From an uncultured Nitrososphaerota archaeon (GTDB lineage Archaea; Thermoproteota; Methanomethylicia; Nezhaarchaeales; B40-G2), in assembly GCA_964626365.1 (NCBI GenBank), contig CAZVDL010000003.1, positions 23,783 to 87,782 on the forward strand: DNA of 64,000 nucleotides. Direction: 5' to 3'. This document shows positions 58,627-64,000 of this stretch, piece by piece; within the stretch, counting starts at the first letter, position 1; each line of letters opens with the position of its first letter. The notes under the pieces were generated by a model. The model made no database searches, was not told the DNA's origin, and saw only the letters and a list, made by a program, of their open reading frames with translations. The translations under genes and the position numbers were made by a program.

Positions 58627-59313
58627 GGCCTCCTCATAGGCATGTAGGAGGATAGCTGACGCTACCCACGCTTCAAGGGGCTCGGGGTACAGAGAGGCTA
58701 CCTCGTTGGCTACCTGGTAAAAACACGGCGAGAAGTCTCCTCGAGGAAAGCCACCGACAATAGCTAGAGGCCTTTCATGGCTAGCTAGGCGCCTAGCCAG
58801 CTCCAACGGTTTAACCCTCTCTCCTCTCTCAGAGAGGAGAGCGATGTATGTGGGTTTAACCCTCTTAATTACCTCCTCGAAGCCCTGTCCCACGATTTGA
58901 AGAAGGGGTTCGCCCTCCTCTGGGACCCTACCTTTAACGAGGAGCTGTTCCATTAAACCAACGAAGCGTAGGTAGTTGCGGGGTATCCTAGTTTCAGGCT
59001 TAACTTCTATTACAGCGTTGCCTATGGTATGTACGTAGACCCTTAAGAGGCCCCTCTTGGAGAGGGGGGTCCCTAGCGCGTGGAGTAAGATGGCGTGGGT
59101 TATATCAGGCCTACCTCTACGCTCCCAGTCTTGGAGCTTTTTCTTCATGGCAGCGTAGTGGAGGGAAATATCTAGTAGCGTGTATCTAGGCTTCTTCCCC
59201 CTACGCCTAGCGTTTCTCCACACAGCTGGATGCCTCCACAGCCCTTTAGGTACGAGCTCAAGCGAGGCCTCGGCGAGAGCTAAGGTGAGAACTGGGCCTT
59301 CCTTAGACACCAC
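58606..59313 (-). CDS. nep1: ribosomal RNA small-subunit methyltransferase Nep1 (Emg1)
   Basis: SPOUT fold with RPDITHAILLHAL and YVHT motifs; 235 aa. Confidence 0.7.
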   Translation of the reverse strand: MVSKEGPVLTLALAEASLELVPKGLWRHPAVWRNARRRGKKPRYTLLDISLHYAAMKKKLQDWERRGRPDITHAILLHALGTPLSKRGLLRVYVHTIGNAVIEVKPETRIPRNYLRFVGLMEQLLVKGRVPEEGEPLLQIVGQGFEEVIKRVKPTYIALLSERGERVKPLELARRLASHERPLAIVGGFPRGDFSPCFYQVANEVASLYPEPLEAWVASAILLHAYEEALDLYSA

Positions 59314-59380
59314 CTTAAAATCCTCCCTCTATTGAATAAGCCTTAGAGCTAGAAAAGCGCTAAGCCTCGAGGCGCTTAGC

Positions 59381-59698
59381 TTGGCTAGATGGAGAAGGCT
59401 TGAGGTTAGAGAGGCTAGGGACATAGCTAGACAGCGTATAAGGAGGCTCTTCGAGCTGGCTGAGGAAGCCTCTCGTAGGGAGCCTTCACTGGCTGACCGT
59501 TACGTAGAGCTGGCAAGGCTTATATCGATGAGGGTGAAGGTTAGGATACCTAGGGACCTTAGACGTAGATTCTGCCACAACTGTGGCTCCTACCTTAGGT
59601 TTGGAGTCAACTGCAGGGTTAGGTTGGCTAAGCGTAGAAGTCCACATGTAGCTATAACCTGTTTAAGGTGCGGATACGTCCACAGAATACCCTATTAA
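59381..59698 (+). CDS. rnp4: RNase P protein component 4 (Rpp21/Rpr2)
   Basis: N-terminal basic helices plus zinc ribbon CHNCGSYL...CLRCGYVH; 105 aa. Confidence 0.7.
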   Translation: MARWRRLEVREARDIARQRIRRLFELAEEASRREPSLADRYVELARLISMRVKVRIPRDLRRRFCHNCGSYLRFGVNCRVRLAKRRSPHVAITCLRCGYVHRIPY

Positions 59699-59770
59699 CC
59701 TCTTCGGCTTAGCCGATAAGCTTTTTAGGTTTCACGCAGGCTACTCACGCCTCAAAGAGCGGGGCTAGCT

Positions 59771-60238
59771 ATGTCAGCTGTCAGGATGGTGCCTCCCCAC
59801 ATACTGATAGAACAGCTCGCTAAGTACTTGAAGGAGAACGTAGCTGAAGTCAAGCCACCTAGCTGGGCTCCCTTCGTTAAGACGGGGGTTCATAAGGAGA
59901 GGGTGCCTGAAAACCCGGATTGGTGGTACATTAGGTGCGCGGCTATCTTAAGGAAGCTCTACCTCCACGGGCCGGTGGGCATTGAGAGCCTACGTGTAGC
60001 CTTCGGAGGCCGCCAGCGAGTAGGAGCTAAGGGGAGGGAGCACTTCAAGAAGGGGAGTGGGGCGATAATAAGGAAGGCCCTTCAACAGCTAGAAGCGGCT
60101 AAGCTAGTAATGAAGGAGGGGAATAAGGGTAGGAGGCTTACACCTGAAGGGGTATCGCTTCTCGATAGGCTAGCCATGAGGATATTGAGGGAGCTTCAAA
60201 GACAGATGCCTGAGCTTAAAAGGTACGTTAAGGCCTAG
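59771..60238 (+). CDS. rps19e: 30S ribosomal protein S19e
   Basis: [42 protein letters not shown] matches the S19e signature. Confidence 0.85.
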   Translation: MSAVRMVPPHILIEQLAKYLKENVAEVKPPSWAPFVKTGVHKERVPENPDWWYIRCAAILRKLYLHGPVGIESLRVAFGGRQRVGAKGREHFKKGSGAIIRKALQQLEAAKLVMKEGNKGRRLTPEGVSLLDRLAMRILRELQRQMPELKRYVKA

Positions 60239-60243
60239 CTAGC

Positions 60244-60639
60244 GTGCAAGATTTAGGCCTCCTCGCATTAGGAAGACCGGGGGCCCAGGTCTTGGGTGAG
60301 GAGTACCTTAGCGACGAGGAACTTGAGGAGATACAGCGTAGGAAGCTGCTGCAGTATCAGCAGATGGCCGCTGAAGCTCAGAGAAGAGCCGAGCTACAGA
60401 GACAAATGGAGATGGCTAAGCAGAGCGTCTTAAGGCAAATCTTAACTCCGGAGGCCAGGAGCAGGCTGACCAATATAAAGATGGTGCACCCGGAGCTAGC
60501 TGAACAGCTCGAAAACCAGCTAATACAGTTGGCCCAAGCGGGTAGGCTTAAGGTACCAGTGACCGATGAGATGTTAAAGGAGGCTTTAAGGACCATACAG
60601 TCCAGGATGAGGAGAGAGTGGAGAATCACCAGGGTTTAG
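60244..60639 (+). CDS. PDCD5/TFAR19-like DNA-binding protein
   Basis: Gln/Glu-rich helical 131-aa protein in the conserved S19e - DNA-binding protein - L39e - L31e - aIF6 cluster. Confidence 0.6.
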   Translation: MQDLGLLALGRPGAQVLGEEYLSDEELEEIQRRKLLQYQQMAAEAQRRAELQRQMEMAKQSVLRQILTPEARSRLTNIKMVHPELAEQLENQLIQLAQAGRLKVPVTDEMLKEALRTIQSRMRREWRITRV

Positions 60640-60691
60640 ACCAGAGACCTTAAGAGGAGCCTGCCCACTAAGGGGGCGAGGGGCGCTTAGC

Positions 60692-60847
60692 TTGGCTAGG
60701 AACAAGCCGGGCGCTAAGAAGTTAAGGCTGGCCAAGGCAGGTAAGCAGAACAGCCCCGTGCCAGCGTGGGTCATAATTAAGACCAGGAGGAAGTTTCGAA
60801 GCCACCCAAAGCTTAGGCATTGGAGGAGAGTCAAACTGAAGGTGTGA
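60692..60847 (+). CDS. rpl39e: 50S ribosomal protein L39e
   Basis: 51-aa ORF below the ORF-track threshold (TTG start): [50 protein letters not shown]. Confidence 0.75.
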   Translation: MARNKPGAKKLRLAKAGKQNSPVPAWVIIKTRRKFRSHPKLRHWRRVKLKV

Positions 60848-60851
60848 CGCC

Positions 60852-61127
60852 ATGACTAAGGAGAGAGAGGCTGTTGAGGAGAGGCTCATGGTCGTACCTC
60901 TCGCTAGGGCACGCTACGCAGTTAGGTGGAGGAGGGCTGAGAAGGCTATTAGGCTGCTAAGGGAGCACGTGGCTAGGCATATGAAGGCTAAGGAGGTGAA
61001 GCTCTCACAGGAGGTTAACGAGGCCATATGGAGTAGGGGGGCTCAGAAGCCACCGAGGAGGTTAGCGGTTAAGGCAGTGAAGGACGAGGAAGGAGTAGTC
61101 TGGGTGCATCTTCAAGGAGCCGAGTAG
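60852..61127 (+). CDS. rpl31e: 50S ribosomal protein L31e
   Basis: RLMVVPLARARYAVRWRRAEKAIRLLREHVARHMKAKEVKLSQEVNEAIWSRG. Confidence 0.85.
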   Translation: MTKEREAVEERLMVVPLARARYAVRWRRAEKAIRLLREHVARHMKAKEVKLSQEVNEAIWSRGAQKPPRRLAVKAVKDEEGVVWVHLQGAE

Positions 61128-61133
61128 AGTTTT

Positions 61134-61805
61134 ATGACCGTGGAGACCGTGGATATCTATGGAAGCGCCTGTATAGGCGCTTTCTCCTTCGCCAATCGAT
61201 CCTTCGCGATACTCCCCGACGACGTGCCCCATAAGCTGGATAGGGTCTTCGAGGAATGCCTTGGAGTTAAGGTGATACGCACCAAGATAGCTGGGTCGCC
61301 GCTCATAGGGATACTCGTGGCCGGCAACTCCAAGGGCATTGTGCTCCCCCGTACGGTCTTACCTGAGGAGTACGAGGTCTTAAAAAGGGAGGTTGGAGAC
61401 CTAAACGTCGAGGTCCTTGACAGTAAACGCACCGCTTTAGGAAACCTGGTCCTAGCTAACGACAGAGCCGCGCTAATCCACCCTGACTTGACCGATGAGG
61501 AGGCTAAGAGGATCTCTGATGTCCTGGGCGTCGAGGTCGTTCGAGGCTCCATTGCCGGGGTACCCTTTGTGGGCGCCGCGGCTATAATCAATAACAGAGG
61601 CCTGTTGACCCACCCGCTGGCGGGCGATGATGAGCTTAGGTGGCTTGAGGGGTTCTTTAAGGTTAAGGCTGAGGGCGGCACGATTAATCACGGCTTCCCG
61701 CTTCTAAGGGTTGGAGCAGTGGTAAACGACCACGGCGCTGTCGTAGGCTCCCTGACCACAGGCATAGAGGTGGCCAAGATAGAGATGGTCCTGTTAAGGT
61801 CTTGA
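61134..61805 (+). CDS. eif6: translation initiation factor 6
   Basis: five-fold pseudo-repeat protein, 223 aa: IYGSACIGAF...LIGILVAGNSKGIVLP... Confidence 0.85.
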   Translation: MTVETVDIYGSACIGAFSFANRSFAILPDDVPHKLDRVFEECLGVKVIRTKIAGSPLIGILVAGNSKGIVLPRTVLPEEYEVLKREVGDLNVEVLDSKRTALGNLVLANDRAALIHPDLTDEEAKRISDVLGVEVVRGSIAGVPFVGAAAIINNRGLLTHPLAGDDELRWLEGFFKVKAEGGTINHGFPLLRVGAVVNDHGAVVGSLTTGIEVAKIEMVLLRS

Positions 61806-62071
61806 GGAGCGCTACTGTTATCTCGCACTCCCCCCCTCTCACGTTGAGGGGGCCCAAGGTGGAGGTGAAGACGTACCTAGTGGAGGGTAAGATGAGGCTG
61901 AGCGATGAATGGAGGAAGTTTAGAGTTTACGTGAGAGGGGTTAAGGAAGAGGACGTGAAGGAGAAGGTGTACTCAGACCTTGGAGGAAGGCACAAGCTGA
62001 AGCGCGGGAACATTAAGATAGAGCGTATAGAGGAGGTTAAGGAAGAGGTCGAAGCTCAGCCGGCAGGATGA
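61802..62071 (+). CDS. rplX: 50S ribosomal protein LX (L18Ae/L20A)
   Basis: VEVKTYLVEGKMRL...EKVYSDLGGRHKLKRGNIKIERIEEV; the true start is probably the GTG near 61858. Confidence 0.65.
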   Translation: MRSATVISHSPPLTLRGPKVEVKTYLVEGKMRLSDEWRKFRVYVRGVKEEDVKEKVYSDLGGRHKLKRGNIKIERIEEVKEEVEAQPAG

Positions 62072-62124
62072 AATAGATAAAGGGCTAGCACGTAAAACTT
62101 AACGCCTAGGAGGGAGGAGCTTCG

Positions 62125-62574
62125 TTGTCGAAGAAGGCTCCCGCCGAGGAGGACCTCCAAAGCTTAGTCGTGGAGTACCGGGTGCTACAAGACTTAAGCG
62201 TAGACTTACAGCAGAGAGCTAACATGATAGCTGCCTTCATAAGTGAGCTACAGGCGGCCATTAACACCGTGGAGGAGGTAAGTAGGGCTGGAGACGGAGC
62301 CGAGGTGCTCATACCTATCGGCGGCGCCTCCTACATTAAGGCTAAGCTTGCTAGTCAAGGAAAAGTGGTTGTCGGTCTCGGAGCGGGGATAGCCGTGGAG
62401 AAGGAGCTGGAGGAGGCACGTAAGTACCTAGAGGAGAGGGTAGGCGAACTCCAACAGGCCTTAAACTCAGTGCAGCGCCAGTTAATGAACGTAGCCGCTA
62501 GGATGACGCAGCTCGAACCGAAGATAAGGGCAGCCTTAGAGACAGCTAGGTCGACTCAGAGCAGTGGTGGATAA
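62125..62574 (+). CDS. pfdA: prefoldin alpha subunit
   Basis: two coiled coils flanking a beta-hairpin (EVLIPIGGASYIKAKL); 149 aa. Confidence 0.8.
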   Translation: MSKKAPAEEDLQSLVVEYRVLQDLSVDLQQRANMIAAFISELQAAINTVEEVSRAGDGAEVLIPIGGASYIKAKLASQGKVVVGLGAGIAVEKELEEARKYLEERVGELQQALNSVQRQLMNVAARMTQLEPKIRAALETARSTQSSGG

Positions 62575-63480
62575 ATGTTTGAGAGGTTAAGGAGAGGCCT
62601 ACAATCATTTATCGAGAGCGTGAAGACTAAACAGCTAACCGAGGAGGACCTAGAAGGGCCGCTCAATGAGCTAGAGCTATCACTGCTTGAAAGCGACGTA
62701 GCGCTCCCCGTAGCTGAGGAGGTTGTTAGAAGGGTAAAGGAGGCGTTAGTGGGAAGAAGGGTCAAGAGGCTTGGAGGCGTAGAGGAGCTGGCTAAGGAGG
62801 CTGTGAGGGAGGCGTTAACGAGGATACTGGAGGATGTCGAGCGCGTAGACTTCCTTGGTAAGGCCAGCGAGGCCAAGAGTAGCGGGGAAGTGTTTAAGGT
62901 TGTATTAGTGGGACCTAATGGACACGGCAAGACGTTGACGGCAGCTAAGCTAGCTAGGCTTCTCCTTAAGCACGGGTACACCTGCGTGTTCGCGTGTAGC
63001 GATACCTTCAGGGCTGGGGCTGAAGAACAGCTTGAAGAGCACGCTAGGAGGCTCGGGGTAAGAGTGATTAAGCATCGTTACGGCTCGGACCCCGCCGCCG
63101 TGGCCTACGACGCGGTTACACACGCTAGAGCTAAAGGCATAAGCTCGGTGATAGTGGATACGGCGGGAAGACTTCAGACGGATAAATCGCTCATGGACGA
63201 GATGAGGAAGATAGTAAGGGTAGTACAGCCCCAGCTAGTCATATTCGTGGGGGACGCCCTCACCGGCAACGACGCCCTCGACCAGGCTGAGAAGTTCAAC
63301 GAGGCCGTGGGGATAGATGGAAGCATCTTAACTAAGCTTGACGCCGACGCTAAGGGAGGAGCCGCCATATCCATCGCTTACGCTACGCGTAAACCGATAC
63401 TCTTCTTAGGGGTGGGGCAAGGCTACGACGACCTTATACCCTTTAACCCTAACTGGCTGATAAGTAAAATACTTCCCTAA
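62575..63480 (+). CDS. ftsY: signal recognition particle receptor FtsY
   Basis: NG domain with VVLVGPNGHGKTLTAAKLA (G1), DTAGR (G3) and TKLD (G4). Confidence 0.9.
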   Translation: MFERLRRGLQSFIESVKTKQLTEEDLEGPLNELELSLLESDVALPVAEEVVRRVKEALVGRRVKRLGGVEELAKEAVREALTRILEDVERVDFLGKASEAKSSGEVFKVVLVGPNGHGKTLTAAKLARLLLKHGYTCVFACSDTFRAGAEEQLEEHARRLGVRVIKHRYGSDPAAVAYDAVTHARAKGISSVIVDTAGRLQTDKSLMDEMRKIVRVVQPQLVIFVGDALTGNDALDQAEKFNEAVGIDGSILTKLDADAKGGAAISIAYATRKPILFLGVGQGYDDLIPFNPNWLISKILP

Positions 63481-63494
63481 CGGTGGGAGAGCCT

Positions 63495-64000
63495 ATGAGG
63501 GGCTCGTTTAAGGGAAGAGACTTCCTAACGCTTCAAGACTACACGACCGAGGAGCTACTATCGCTGCTTCAGCTATCAATGGAACTTAAAAGGGACCCCT
63601 ATAAGCTTGGTAAGCCCCTTCAAGGTAAACACGTAGCCTTAATCTTCGAGAAACCATCGACGAGGACCAGAGTATCGTTGGAAGTAGCAGTTAGCCAGCT
63701 TGGAGGGAAAACCATCTACCTGTCGTCAACTGAAATGCAGCTTGCTAGGGGGGAAACTATAGCCGACACCGCTAGGGTCATGGATCGCTACGTAGATGCA
63801 GTAGCTGCGAGAGTGCGTAGCCACCAATGGCTGGTGGACTACGCTAAGTACTCAACGAAGCCCGTAATCAACGCCTTAAGCGACCTATACCACCCTATGC
63901 AAGCCCTAGCCGACTTAATGACTATATGGGAGGAGCTCGGTAGATTGCAGGGTGTCAAGGTAGCTTACGTCGGAGATGGTGGAGCTAACACGTGTCATAG
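63495..64000 (+). CDS. argF: ornithine carbamoyltransferase (5' partial; runs off the window end)
   Basis: GRDFLTLQDYTTEELLSLLQLSMELK N-terminus, STRTR carbamoyl-phosphate motif and HPMQALADL; truncated at the window end. Confidence 0.7.
   Translation, partial: MRGSFKGRDFLTLQDYTTEELLSLLQLSMELKRDPYKLGKPLQGKHVALIFEKPSTRTRVSLEVAVSQLGGKTIYLSSTEMQLARGETIADTARVMDRYVDAVAARVRSHQWLVDYAKYSTKPVINALSDLYHPMQALADLMTIWEELGRLQGVKVAYVGDGGANTCH

Noticed and set aside
1-64000. CRISPR arrays, IS elements/transposases, integrases, rRNA genes
   Set aside because: No regularly spaced direct repeats, no transposase or integrase-like ORFs and no rRNA-like segments were seen. The only mobile-looking content is the tRNA-Gly islet and the LAGLIDADG-like gene.

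Overview
The window is a 64-kb stretch of an archaeal chromosome, most likely from a hyperthermophilic member of the Thermoprotei (Crenarchaeota). Several features point that way: reverse gyrase, GatD/GatE, RNA polymerase subunits E', N and D, Spt4, three RNase P protein subunits, L7Ae, Cbf5, Nep1, intron-containing tRNAs, and TATA plus T-tract signals. The region is dominated by a densely packed core information-processing backbone (about 30 ribosomal-protein genes, secY, aIF2-gamma, aIF5B, aIF6, gltX, ftsY, pfdA) interspersed with metabolic genes (purA, glmS, pyrKD, eno, ndk, fni, aor with its ferredoxin, argF).

Four tRNAs are present, and three of them carry introns. Two protein-coding genes are interrupted by short bulge-helix-bulge-type mRNA introns. 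One is cbf5, the case already known in Crenarchaeota. The other, apparently undescribed, is the aIF5B gene (infB): a 30-nt insertion carrying an in-frame stop folds into a textbook hBHBh' motif whose predicted cut sites rejoin the conserved GTPase motifs.

The accessory spots are as follows:
- a low-GC islet immediately 3' of the intron-containing tRNA-Gly, carrying a small acidic protein, a frameshifted fusion of a nucleoside-2-deoxyribosyltransferase-like domain to about 450 aa of unknown sequence, a gamma-glutamylcyclotransferase pseudogene and a HEPN/MNT pair;
- a low-GC free-standing gene with an HTH followed by two LAGLIDADG-like motifs;
- a degraded beta-propeller/dockerin surface-protein pseudogene beside the tRNA-Ala;
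- two KaiC-type ATPase loci;
- two ORF-free candidate ncRNA intervals of about 0.6-0.75 kb.
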